A stretch of 64,000 bases of DNA from a phage: sequence record OZ346187.1; one strand, given 5' to 3'. Below the pieces are notes generated by a model. That model saw only the letters and a list, made by a program, of their open reading frames with translations, searched no databases and was not told where the DNA came from. This document shows positions 9,874 to 18,780 of the stretch, piece by piece. Within the stretch, counting starts at the first letter, position 1, and each line of letters opens with the position of its first letter. The translations under genes were made by a program, and so were the position numbers.

Positions 9874-10262
9874 TGAAAAATATTTGGGATATCGATATCT
9901 TTGAAGCCTCTAAGCTTGACGGTGCTGATGGAGTGATTATGGTGTCTGATGGCAAGGCAACACTAACTTCCGGAGATATCATCTATGCCTTGGACGAGCT
10001 GGCGCTTCTGAAATCTACCGGTAACACTTTGGAGGAGCGTCTTCAAGGATTCGCTTTCAAAGAAGGTACAAATACAGCCATGATGTGCACCACACGGACA
10101 GTTCAGGTTGGTAACGGTGTCTATATGATTATTGCTGTGTGTCCTAAATTCAGCAACGTCAACAAAGATGATGCTGACGCGGTCAACGATGTGGTTGTTC
10201 TCTTCGTGGGTGACGCTATGGCAGATCTGATGAATGCAGGAGAAGCAGCAAATGAAGACTGA
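9870..10262 (+). CDS. hypothetical protein
   Basis: ORF, ATGA overlap with upstream gene. Confidence 0.5.
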   Translation: MMKNIWDIDIFEASKLDGADGVIMVSDGKATLTSGDIIYALDELALLKSTGNTLEERLQGFAFKEGTNTAMMCTTRTVQVGNGVYMIIAVCPKFSNVNKDDADAVNDVVVLFVGDAMADLMNAGEAANED

Positions 10263-10554
10263 AAACATCACCCCAGCAGGGTTCTTAAAAGTATACCGTG
10301 AACTGCTATATACTACAGAGGACAGTGTTCTAGAGTATCCAGAATATCTTTTGCTGTATAAGTATCTGCAGGAGGCTGGTGAAAATCTGCCAGTTAGTGC
10401 AGAAGGTGGTCCAAACTGGATATACAGCGCATGGAGAAAGGTTGACATTCTCCCAGACCCAGGTAAAGATATGGTAGTTTGGCAGCTTATCAACAACATC
10501 GGGATTCCAATCTTTGATGAAGCTGTTAAAATCTATTTTGAACTTGACGATTAA
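10252..10554 (+). CDS. hypothetical protein
   Basis: ORF-track 10234-10554; ATG at 10252 after GCAGGAGAAG RBS. Confidence 0.45.
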   Translation: MKTENITPAGFLKVYRELLYTTEDSVLEYPEYLLLYKYLQEAGENLPVSAEGGPNWIYSAWRKVDILPDPGKDMVVWQLINNIGIPIFDEAVKIYFELDD

Positions 10555-10571
10555 TATCAGGAGACCTTAAG

Positions 10572-10817
10572 ATGACTGAAGCAGTTGCTCGCGCAGGACA
10601 GAAAGTACGTTGTGTTGAAGTAGGTTTTGGTGGCAAAGGGTGTCAAAACTTGACTCAAGGCAAGGAATATGCTGTTATCTCTGGTGGTGGCGACGAAAGT
10701 ATTGTGTTCGAGGGCCACATCCTGGATGCTGAAAACTTTGAAATCTTTGACGACGATGGGGATCCGATCACCTGCCTGCTGGACGGGAATTGGGGAACTT
10801 TCGAAGTGATTGGCTAA
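10572..10817 (+). CDS. hypothetical protein
   Basis: ORF with AGGAGA RBS. Confidence 0.5.
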   Translation: MTEAVARAGQKVRCVEVGFGGKGCQNLTQGKEYAVISGGGDESIVFEGHILDAENFEIFDDDGDPITCLLDGNWGTFEVIG

Positions 10818-10827
10818 CAAATACCTA

Positions 10828-10856
10828 TTGTAATTTACAGAAGGGGATGCTAAAAT
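10828..10856 (+). promoter_or_regulatory. sigma70-like promoter TTGTAA-17-TAAAAT
   Basis: -35/-10 hexamers with 17-nt spacer upstream of ORF 10901. Confidence 0.5.
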
Positions 10857-10900
10857 AGTGTCTCCTTCTATGTTGTTCAAATAAAATCGGAGATTCCATA

Positions 10901-11269
10901 ATGGAACAAATGAACGATCAAGAGTCGGTTGCGATGAACGAGCAAGAACAACCTCAAGAATTTTTCTTAGGGTTAAGTAAAGATCAAGTGTCTCTTTTGC
11001 TAGTGCTTTCTTCTTTCATGGGAAGACTTCAGGAGCTCACACAACAACCGGAGGCTGAACAATTATTTCAGGCTCTGCGTGAAGAAGAAAAATATCGTCG
11101 TTTGGACTATGCCTTAGGTTGGGTAGCTCAACAACGAGATATGCTGATGGCCCTCTCTGGGACCACAAGTTTTGCAATGGGCCTGTTGGCTCAAGTTCAG
11201 GACAAATTAATTCAAGCAGGGTTTGCACACACGGCAAACACTAACGAAGAACAAGGAGACAAAGAATGA
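10901..11269 (+). CDS. hypothetical protein
   Basis: ORF with GGAG RBS; no recognisable motif. Confidence 0.5.
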   Translation: MEQMNDQESVAMNEQEQPQEFFLGLSKDQVSLLLVLSSFMGRLQELTQQPEAEQLFQALREEEKYRRLDYALGWVAQQRDMLMALSGTTSFAMGLLAQVQDKLIQAGFAHTANTNEEQGDKE

Positions 11270-12492
11270 GCGTTATTCAACAATTCGCTAACCCGATGAA
11301 TCCGCGTGAAACTGTTTTACTGGCTCACGGCATGATTAAACGCGTCAGCATCAAGCCTATCAAAGGTGCTGATCCTACAACAGGTATTAAAACCACTGTG
11401 TGGCAAGGTAAGAAAATTGAATCCAGCCACACCATCTCTTTACTGATTTCTGAACTGGATTCCTCTGATAACCTACTTCAAGGTGGTGAAGAAGTTTGGA
11501 TCAGTATGGGCGATAAGCTGCTTAAACCGGGTCATCAAGACTCTGTCTCTGTTAAAATTGATGACAAGTGGGAAACCGTAACGCCAGGATGGATCGTAAA
11601 TATCCCTTTGAAGGCAAACGAGCATAACGGTAAGACCTACTACAAAGGCTCACTGGCTAAGATGGTTAAGCTGGGTGCAGGAGAGGCTCCAGCAGCGACT
11701 CAGCAGCAAAAACAGCAACAAGGTGCACAATCACAAGGCCAGAAGCAGAAACCTCAGCAGAATGCCAATCAGGACGTTTTACGCATCTATGGTGATGTGA
11801 CTCAGATTGTTGGCAACGTGGTTACTGTAAATGACCACAAGATTGGCGAAGGTGCTATGGTTGTAACTGATGAGCAGCTTAAAGACCTGGTGGTAGGTGG
11901 TCGTGTTGCAGCCATTGTTGACAAAGACACTGGAAACATTATCAGTGGTTTCAAGGCCTATCCTCCTAAGGCAGAGAACGGCACTCAAGGCTCCGGTGGC
12001 AAGCGTAAATCCTCTTACGACCCTATCGGTGTGGAAACGGGGCATAGCATCAATGCGTTGCAGATCATCCTGGATCGCGGGTTTAAGGTAGACGACCCAC
12101 TGGGCGTGGCTAAAACACTGCACGTAGTCACCATTGAGCTTAAGAAAGAGTATGCTCAAGCCACCAACCGAACTGAAGATGAAGTAGGTGCCAGTGTCGG
12201 TAATGCGGTGTTGAACGCTTGTCGCCGTATTGACAAGAAAACGAAAGTTGATGATTTTGCAGCGGCAATTACTGCAGAAGCAAAAGATGTCTTGACTAAT
12301 CTGGCTGAGCCGTTGTACGATTGGATCAAGAACGGTGCTGGGTCAACTGACCATCAAGAACCTCAGGCTGCCAAACAGGAAGCAGCTCCACAGCAAAACA
12401 CTGTAGACGCTCCTCCTGTAAATGATGGGGAAGATGACCCGATGGATCAGAATCCAGCACAGTACGCCTTTGATGATGACATCCCTTTTTAA
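11266..12492 (+). CDS. putative ssDNA-binding protein with SSB-type acidic C-terminal tip
   Basis: C-terminus ...AQYAFDDDIPF matches the E. coli SSB tail (DFDDDIPF); Gln-rich low-complexity linker QQQKQQQGAQSQGQKQKPQQ. Confidence 0.5.
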   Translation: MSVIQQFANPMNPRETVLLAHGMIKRVSIKPIKGADPTTGIKTTVWQGKKIESSHTISLLISELDSSDNLLQGGEEVWISMGDKLLKPGHQDSVSVKIDDKWETVTPGWIVNIPLKANEHNGKTYYKGSLAKMVKLGAGEAPAATQQQKQQQGAQSQGQKQKPQQNANQDVLRIYGDVTQIVGNVVTVNDHKIGEGAMVVTDEQLKDLVVGGRVAAIVDKDTGNIISGFKAYPPKAENGTQGSGGKRKSSYDPIGVETGHSINALQIILDRGFKVDDPLGVAKTLHVVTIELKKEYAQATNRTEDEVGASVGNAVLNACRRIDKKTKVDDFAAAITAEAKDVLTNLAEPLYDWIKNGAGSTDHQEPQAAKQEAAPQQNTVDAPPVNDGEDDPMDQNPAQYAFDDDIPF

Positions 12493-12507
12493 CAATTAGT
12501 TAACATA

Positions 12508-12535
12508 GCCCTGCCCGAAAGGGTGGGGCATTTTT
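12508..12535 (+). terminator. rho-independent terminator hairpin GCCCTGCCC-GAAA-GGGTGGGGC + T-run (copy 2 of 2)
   Basis: Same hairpin as at 1129-1155, directly downstream of the SSB-like gene. Confidence 0.6.
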
Positions 12536-12554
12536 GTATAAGGAGATCTGAAAA

Positions 12555-12971
12555 ATGACATTAGAAGATATCATTGTTAAACCTGAGAACTATGACCAAT
12601 ACAACCTGTCAACTCAATCTGTAGACCTTGGATGCGCCACAGTTAGTGCGTGGCTGGTTAATGGAAAAGAGCTGGACAAGTGCTTAGAAGCTCACATGTC
12701 TGTTAACAAGTTTCTGGATGAAAATACTCACTGGCTTGAGGGTGCTGGAGTATATGCTTCATGGTTGGAGAGCATGGGCTTTGACTATCAATCTGATGAA
12801 GGGTGGTGGAGCTATCTGGCTATCTGTCCAGAAACACTGCAATGCTTCATGAAATACTCTGAAGATCTTGAGTACCGAGCGGTGGTTGATAGTGCTATTG
12901 CCCGTTATAGCCGTAAACCTTTTTCCCATGACATTAAAACTGTGGAAGAATTTGTTGAAGTTTTCTGTTGA
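12555..12971 (+). CDS. hypothetical protein
   Basis: ORF with AGGAGA RBS. Confidence 0.5.
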   Translation: MTLEDIIVKPENYDQYNLSTQSVDLGCATVSAWLVNGKELDKCLEAHMSVNKFLDENTHWLEGAGVYASWLESMGFDYQSDEGWWSYLAICPETLQCFMKYSEDLEYRAVVDSAIARYSRKPFSHDIKTVEEFVEVFC

Positions 12972-12999
12972 CACAGGTTGAAAGGTGTGCAATTATAAC
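12968..12999 (+). promoter_or_regulatory. sigma70-like promoter (TTGACA -35; -10 around AATTATAAC)
   Basis: Consensus -35; A/T-rich -10 candidates at 17-20 nt. Confidence 0.45.
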
Positions 13000-13067
13000 T
13001 TCATAAAACGGGAGGACGCGATGAACGAAGAAAACTGGGATGTATAACTAACAGGAGACCACTGCCC

Positions 13068-13265
13068 ATGATTTATCGAATCCGTGTAAGAGAAGATGCA
13101 CCAGGCTGTTACTTTGACTGGCGTGGGTGGTGGTTTCTCCACCCAATGGATGGACTCACAGATAGAATGCTGGATGCTGCCCTTTATACAGATACCGACA
13201 TAGAATATAATCTCTATCTGAAGGACGGTATAGATAACGGTCTATTTGAAGCAATTCCTGTGTAA
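13068..13265 (+). CDS. hypothetical protein
   Basis: ORF with AGGAGA RBS. Confidence 0.45.
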   Translation: MIYRIRVREDAPGCYFDWRGWWFLHPMDGLTDRMLDAALYTDTDIEYNLYLKDGIDNGLFEAIPV

Positions 13266-13333
13266 GAGACTGTGATAGCCATGTTTTATGATCTTCCTGT
13301 AGCACCACCACCTGTTGAACCTGGAGAACTAAG

Positions 13334-13753
13334 ATGATCTATGAAATGCCAAAACTGATTCGTGACGATGCCCAAAACCACACCATTATTATGGGTAAAC
13401 GCATGAATATCCTTTGCCGTAACGATTTCTGTGGTGTAGAATACGTTGCAGACTACTTCGGTGAGAATGGTAAACACCCTGTTCAGTTCTTCCTTGACCA
13501 TGAGGATAACATTATCTGGGAGTTTGAAACTGAAGATATCCGCAACCTCTTCATCTTCCTCGGTGTCAAGGTTAAGGCCAATTTCGCGGAAGGTGAGTGC
13601 GACGATTGTGGATTTTATGAGGTGACAGACTTCTATCTCCCGAGTGGCAAGAACATTTACTATGAGAGTCACTTCGGAAACACCAACATGCCTCAAAGCT
13701 GGGAAGAATTTTTCAGTATCGTAGAAGAGGAGCTGGCATACCGTGATTATTGA
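13334..13753 (+). CDS. hypothetical protein (Cys-rich)
   Basis: ORF with GGAGAA RBS. Confidence 0.5.
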   Translation: MIYEMPKLIRDDAQNHTIIMGKRMNILCRNDFCGVEYVADYFGENGKHPVQFFLDHEDNIIWEFETEDIRNLFIFLGVKVKANFAEGECDDCGFYEVTDFYLPSGKNIYYESHFGNTNMPQSWEEFFSIVEEELAYRDY

Positions 13754-14201
13754 TACTGTAAAGGGAGATTTAATCTCCCTTTTTAAGAGCGGTGCTGGTC
13801 ACCTAATCCACGGTTGTAACTGCTTCCACACAATGGGTAAGGGCATAGCAAAACAGATTGCCCGTGAGTTTCCTCAAGCATTGTCAGCCGACAAAGAGAC
13901 CAGACACGGTTGCCTAAGTAAACTGGGTGCGTTCTCCCGATGGGAGCACTTATCTCCGAGAGGTATTGTCTACGGAATCAATCTGTATACTCAGTTCTAC
14001 CCAGGGCCTAATGCTGAATATTTCTCAATCCTGAAAGGCTTTGAGCTAGTCAATGAGGTATTCGAGGGATCGACTTTACCATTCTACATCCCTAAGATCG
14101 GATGCGGCATAGGCGGTTTGAAGTGGGAGCACGTAGAGGACGTTATTAACCTCGCCACTTTTGATATAGATATTATCGTGGTGGAGTACAAAGAGTGTTG
14201 A
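13743..14201 (+). CDS. macro-domain protein (ADP-ribose binding/hydrolase-like)
   Basis: LIHGCNCFHTMGKGIAKQIA and IPKIGCGIGGL resemble the two glycine-rich macro-domain signature loops. Confidence 0.55.
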   Translation: MIIDTVKGDLISLFKSGAGHLIHGCNCFHTMGKGIAKQIAREFPQALSADKETRHGCLSKLGAFSRWEHLSPRGIVYGINLYTQFYPGPNAEYFSILKGFELVNEVFEGSTLPFYIPKIGCGIGGLKWEHVEDVINLATFDIDIIVVEYKEC

Positions 14202-14226
14202 CAGCTGACTTTTGAGATGGTATAGT
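14198..14226 (+). promoter_or_regulatory. sigma70-like promoter TTGACA-17-TATAGT
   Basis: Consensus -35 and good -10 upstream of ORF 14258. Confidence 0.55.
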
Positions 14227-14257
14227 CACCACAACGATTGAGAGAGGGAGCACCACT

Positions 14258-14458
14258 ATGGAGACTAAAATCTTAATTCTGGCTGTGATAGATACGACCG
14301 AAGGGGCCGTGTTCGAATCTGCAGGAGGGTATTTCTACCTGCCCTACGGAAAAATAACTTCCGAACCGAGTAAAGATTCAATCCTTAAAGTGTTCCCTTG
14401 TGCTTTCTGGCTGGAGATTCTGGTAGAAGATTGCAGAGGATTGGGGAGAGAATTATGA
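14258..14458 (+). CDS. hypothetical protein
   Basis: ORF with GAGAGGGAG RBS. Confidence 0.4.
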   Translation: METKILILAVIDTTEGAVFESAGGYFYLPYGKITSEPSKDSILKVFPCAFWLEILVEDCRGLGREL

Positions 14459-14649
14459 GAAACAAGAAAGAGCTTTACTCTGGCGAGTGGATCAACGATC
14501 AACAGGTCGGAGAGGTAACCTGCTTCCGGTGTTTTACTCGGTACAATCTTAAAACTGCACCAAAAAGTGTTCCAAAGACTGACGGTTATTACATAAAAGA
14601 ACCTCATTGCCCAAAATGTAAATGCCGATTGTACTGGAGCAATCTATAA
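14455..14649 (+). CDS. small zinc-ribbon protein
   Basis: CFRC...CPKCKC pattern; ATG at 14455 after GGGGAGAG RBS. Confidence 0.45.
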   Translation: MRNKKELYSGEWINDQQVGEVTCFRCFTRYNLKTAPKSVPKTDGYYIKEPHCPKCKCRLYWSNL

Positions 14650-14653
14650 GAGG

Positions 14654-14681
14654 TTGACATCTGAAAACTGCAGTGTATAGT
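14654..14681 (+). promoter_or_regulatory. sigma70-like promoter TTGACA-16-TATAGT
   Basis: Consensus -35 and good -10 upstream of ORF 14713. Confidence 0.5.
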
Positions 14682-14712
14682 ATACACATAAACTAACAGA
14701 GAGCGATGTATT

Positions 14713-14904
14713 ATGGTAATTTTTAACCGGGATGGTATCATAGTTAGACAGCACCCGTTCCTTGAATACTATCAAATTGAGCAATGGTGCTACGGGGATT
14801 GCAGTCACTCCTATGGGCAAAGTTGGGGATATCGTACAGTTTTTGAATCAACAGACCTTGACAAAGTAAGACAGAAAGTTTTAGAACTTATTAACAACAA
14901 GTGA
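14713..14904 (+). CDS. hypothetical protein
   Basis: ORF-track ORF. Confidence 0.45.
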   Translation: MVIFNRDGIIVRQHPFLEYYQIEQWCYGDCSHSYGQSWGYRTVFESTDLDKVRQKVLELINNK

Positions 14905-14913
14905 GTATGATAT

Positions 14914-15246
14914 ATGGTAACATTAGAAAGACGTAAAGCTATCGCCGCCACACTGGCAGACATCTTTTGGGATTGCAACTTAAAAGATACCAGAAATTGT
15001 GGCGCATCTGTAGATGTATTATTCCCACGGCCCACCATTGTTGCAATGGGAAACCTGTTAAACGTAGTGTACGGAGCATGGGACAAAGAAGGTGGATTCT
15101 ATATCTGGCAACCTGACTACAGAGCCTGGAAAGAGGTAAGGGGTGCGGTTGACTTTGGGCCTGCAAGTGCTAAGATGGATGGCTGGGAAATTTATGTTGG
15201 AAACGACATGAAGCTGAAAGGCGAGATTGTTTACTGGTTACCTTAA
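14914..15246 (+). CDS. hypothetical protein
   Basis: ORF-track ORF. Confidence 0.5.
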   Translation: MVTLERRKAIAATLADIFWDCNLKDTRNCGASVDVLFPRPTIVAMGNLLNVVYGAWDKEGGFYIWQPDYRAWKEVRGAVDFGPASAKMDGWEIYVGNDMKLKGEIVYWLP

Positions 15247-15266
15247 GAGAATGCAGGAGATAAAGT

Positions 15267-15512
15267 ATGAACAAAGGGTGGACATTTGTAGACGGCGTTG
15301 AAAACATGCCTCTAGGAAAGTATATTGTAGCCATGGCAGATGAGAATGGCAAGGTTGATTTCGGAGCTTGCGAGGTTGTTCTTGCAGGATCTGGTGACTA
15401 TGCTCACAAAACTGGGATAATTAACGGTCATTTCTACTTTGATTACAACCCTGTTGTGGCGTATATGGCTATGCCAGAGTTCGAGCTCCCAAAGGAGGGT
15501 GCGGATGTTTAA
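15267..15512 (+). CDS. hypothetical protein
   Basis: ORF with AGGAGA RBS. Confidence 0.5.
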   Translation: MNKGWTFVDGVENMPLGKYIVAMADENGKVDFGACEVVLAGSGDYAHKTGIINGHFYFDYNPVVAYMAMPEFELPKEGADV

Positions 15513-15702
15513 GCTTAAATCTGCATGGAACATCGCTGTGGGGGACGAGATCCGCATCCCAGGTGGAAAGACCATTATGAAGATATCTCGTATCGAGTAC
15601 GAAGGTGATCGTGTATTTCATATCTTTGCAGAAGATGGTCGAGAAATTTATATACAGGCAGGCTCTCACATCTATATTCGTAAGAAAGGGGACGACAAAT
15701 GA
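15505..15702 (+). CDS. hypothetical protein
   Basis: ORF-track 15439-15702; ATG 15505 after AGGAGGG RBS. Confidence 0.45.
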   Translation: MFKLKSAWNIAVGDEIRIPGGKTIMKISRIEYEGDRVFHIFAEDGREIYIQAGSHIYIRKKGDDK

Positions 15703-16028
15703 CAGAGATCATCATTTCAACTGCAGGGTATGTGTTCCTGACAATCATTGCACTGACCATTTTGGTGGTGGTATATGGAATTGTTATTCTCCCTATTCTT
15801 GAGACAATTAGTTTGTGTCGGTGTTGGAGAAAGGCTTACGGTCCACAGCCGTGGAAGGACTGGCCCCACCTGGTGCACATAGCGTTCTCTTATGCTTATG
15901 ATCACGCCAGCAGTGCATGCATAACCGGGTATCACGCCCACAACTGGAGCTGGGAAGGGTTGAGGAAATGGAATGTTACAAAGACCATACCTCTGCGCAT
16001 GTACAAACCTAAAAACAAAGACAGCTGA
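15699..16028 (+). CDS. putative membrane protein
   Basis: Hydrophobic N-terminal segment YVFLTIIALTILVVVYGIVILPIL. Confidence 0.45.
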   Translation: MTEIIISTAGYVFLTIIALTILVVVYGIVILPILETISLCRCWRKAYGPQPWKDWPHLVHIAFSYAYDHASSACITGYHAHNWSWEGLRKWNVTKTIPLRMYKPKNKDS

Positions 16029-16057
16029 TACTTGAAAATCCCTGGCATATCAAGTGT

Positions 16058-16092
16058 AAGGAGGATTTCTAAAATGGATTTCCTCCTTTTGA
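16058..16092 (+). terminator. putative rho-independent terminator (AAGGAGGA ... TCCTCCTT + TTTT)
   Basis: 8-bp GC-rich stem followed by T-run at the end of the rightward gene block. Confidence 0.45.
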
Positions 16093-16344
16093 TATTTCAC
16101 CGGGCCAGATATTTTAAAATTCTTAGAAAATCAGGTCTTTGAAATGAAAAACAGATCGAGTACCGAAAGAGGATGTACAAATTTTCTGATAATAATGGAC
16201 TTATTGTTATAAAAGGTCAGAGGTAAGCTGGGAAAGTTCTGGTAGAAGGGTGAGAGTATGTGCGGAAAAATCTGGAATAGTGACTTAAAGTACGGTGCGA
16301 ACGATAAGGAATTGAGCAGCACATCTTATCGTGCCTGTATTTTG

Positions 16345-16730
16345 TGTGGATGAATGAGAATACCTATCATTGTGAGAACCATTATCATTACGGGCAATTT
16401 AACAGTACCGATTATGCGCACCACTGGCGATACATACAGGGATTGATAACATGGGTTACTGTTTACGCACATAACAATTGTATTTCTTACTATTTGTGTG
16501 GGCGTTTAGACGTTGACGGTCAGAAGTCTGCAGGTTAATATCTAATCTATTGGCTGCTAACTATATCCCACACAAATAGTAAGAAATACAATTGTTATGT
16601 GCGTAAACAGTAACCCATGTTATCAATCCCTGTATGCATGCCAGTGGTGCGCATAATGGGTATTATGTTAAATTGCCCGTAATGATAATGGTTCTCACAA
16701 TGATAGGTATTCTCATTCATCCACACAAAA
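16345..16730. repeat. long near-perfect inverted repeat (~160-bp arms 16345-16504 and 16569-16730, ~65-bp spacer)
   Basis: Arms are reverse complements; ORF-track ORFs 16344-16538(+) and 16595-16786(-) translate the same peptide (NENTYHCENHYHYGQFN) from both arms. Confidence 0.85.
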
Positions 16731-16959
16731 TAGATTGCAAATGTTGTGCCACTGTGTGAACGGCCTGGCCTATTAATTTGCCTCACTGCCTTGATATTTG
16801 AGAATTATTATAAGAATGAGAAGTATTCCCATTTCGTCCGCCTGGCAGCACTCCTGTAGGTCCTGCAAGGACTCTAGCTGAAAGCTAGACCCTTCGGGCC
16901 TCCCTGCAGGTCAGGTCAAAATCGTGGTAGAATTGGGCCTGTTCAGATATTTCTGGCTG

Positions 16960-17520
16960 ACTCTTCAGGTCTGTGTGGGAAAAGCCAACCTCTCCGGCGG
17001 GGCATGGGGTCATGACGGGAAAATTGCAGGTCAATTAAAAAATTTACGTGGTGTATGAAGCGCTCTTCAGGTAAGGCAGGTATTATGGGATGAAACCCTC
17101 TTCAGGCAATGATATTTGTGGGTGTGATATTTGCTGGAAAGCCAGATATGACGGGACTCCCGGCGGGGCAGGGGTAGTACAGACAGGGAAAATATGGAGG
17201 ATGTGGTTGGGTAAATTGATCAGGCAGGTAGAGTATGGAATATGTTACAGGTATGTTAAATAGGGAGGCTGAATATCTGTAGGATTTGTGTGTAAAATCA
17301 AAGACTTAAGTGGTGTTGTGGTATTTTCTATAAATAATTCAAGTTTAATAGGTAATATTTGTCTCTATTCGCTTTGTGTGGTAAACAGATTCAGATGAGA
17401 TTGGTTTACAAGTGTATACATAATATACAAATTAAAGATACAAGAAACCCCCCTCCCCCTTCGGCTACCATTCACCTTTTCCTCTGACTGGTACTTAAAC
17501 ACTTATTCAGACTCTTCAGG
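16960..17520. repeat. dispersed direct repeats: 4x CTCTTCAGG and 2x CTCC(C)GGCGGGGCA-GGGT...GGGAAAAT
   Basis: CTCTTCAGG near 16962, 17062, 17098, 17512; longer repeat at ~16992-17024 and ~17157-17193. Confidence 0.6.
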
Positions 17521-17870
17521 TTATCACCCATATATCATATGGCAGTGACTGGTGTCCTCCGGCCCCTCTTTCGTCACCCGTCCGCTTCGCCATGCTAATG
17601 CCATAGCCAATGGTTCGGTTGTTCACCCTGTTCACTCAGGTGTATCTCCATACCCCTTCAAACCGAAGAGAACAGAAAACCCGAATTACTCGGTAAAAGA
17701 AAAGAGAAGAACTTAATTTTATCAGGATAGGCAAGAATGTCAAGGCATGACTGCTCACTAAACAAGCAAACAGTCATGTGTGGAAGGTAAGTGATTGTGG
17801 TGGTAGGAAATTTAGTTGAAAGATGTGTTATAGGTGCTTCCAGCACTTTAGCCGGGCAGCTAATTGTGTG

Positions 17871-18086
17871 TCAGTCCAGCGGTTCATCCTCTACTTCACT
17901 GAAATCAATGTTCATGGTCTCTTCCCAACCATCGATCTCAGCACAAGAGTGGAGTTCTTTAGGGTTTACTCCCAAAGCCTCAGCAACAGAGTCTATATTT
18001 AACACCTCTGGCAGGTATGATTCATCGAATTCAAGGTAAATCAGGCCACGAGTGTTGTCAGCTCCACCAAATATCTCTATCTTCAT
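17871..18086 (-). CDS. hypothetical protein (acidic)
   Basis: ORF-track ORF, last gene of the leftward block. Confidence 0.4.
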   Translation of the reverse strand: MKIEIFGGADNTRGLIYLEFDESYLPEVLNIDSVAEALGVNPKELHSCAEIDGWEETMNIDFSEVEDEPLD

Positions 18087-18207
18087 GAAATCTCCTCTGG
18101 AAATGAGAGTGTGAACAGGGTTTTATACGTTCTAATGCACAGGAATTATACACGTTTGCCTCTTCAGGCCATGCTTTAGCATGAGGAACCTGTGTGGGCT
18201 CGGTGCT

Positions 18208-18420
18208 TCATAGTCTACCACCTCTGAACTCTTCGTGCTCAGGCATAATAGAGAACCAGATATCTACGATGTCCTCCCACGTCAGGTCATCAGCCTCAGG
18301 ATCTGTCTGGGACGAAGATGAAGAGTCCTCAGAATCTAAGTTTTCCTCTTTAACTGGCTCATCCAAGGGACATATGGTCACTCCTTCGGATGTCTCTTCA
18401 GATGCATGTGTGTTGATCAT
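18208..18420 (-). CDS. hypothetical protein (acidic)
   Basis: ORF-track ORF. Confidence 0.4.
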   Translation of the reverse strand: MINTHASEETSEGVTICPLDEPVKEENLDSEDSSSSSQTDPEADDLTWEDIVDIWFSIMPEHEEFRGGRL

Positions 18421-18727
18421 GTTCCCCCCGTGAGTATTCCGGCAACAGCCGCTATGGAAGTAATGATCATCAGGATCACCACTAAAACTTCAGACAATGT
18501 TCTCATTGTGTATTCCATATTCTCCAAACTGTGTGTGGATACTATCACGGGAGCGGTAATGTGTCAACAGCAACGCCGCGAGGGTTTGGTTAAAATCCGA
18601 GCGTATGGTGATTTGGGTCAAAACGGACGTGCGTTCTCGCTACGCTCGAAATATGGAGTTGTTTGTAGGGAGCTCTTAAACGCTCTGTAATGAGATTAAC
18701 TGCCCAAGGTATGCAATCGTGCACCAG

Positions 18728-18756
18728 ATAAAGAAAAGGACGCCACAGAGCGTCCT
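18728..18756 (-). terminator. putative terminator hairpin AGGACGC-N6-GCGTCCT + T-rich tail
   Basis: Perfect 7-bp stem downstream of ORF 18781-19092. Confidence 0.5.
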
Positions 18757-18780
18757 AGGTGTCTTAAATTTGATATTTTG

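Noticed and set aside
16344-16786. ORF-track ORFs 16344-16538(+) and 16595-16786(-) encoding the same peptide
   Set aside because: They are the two arms of a long inverted repeat read on opposite strands; the identical translation is a consequence of the repeat, not evidence for genes.
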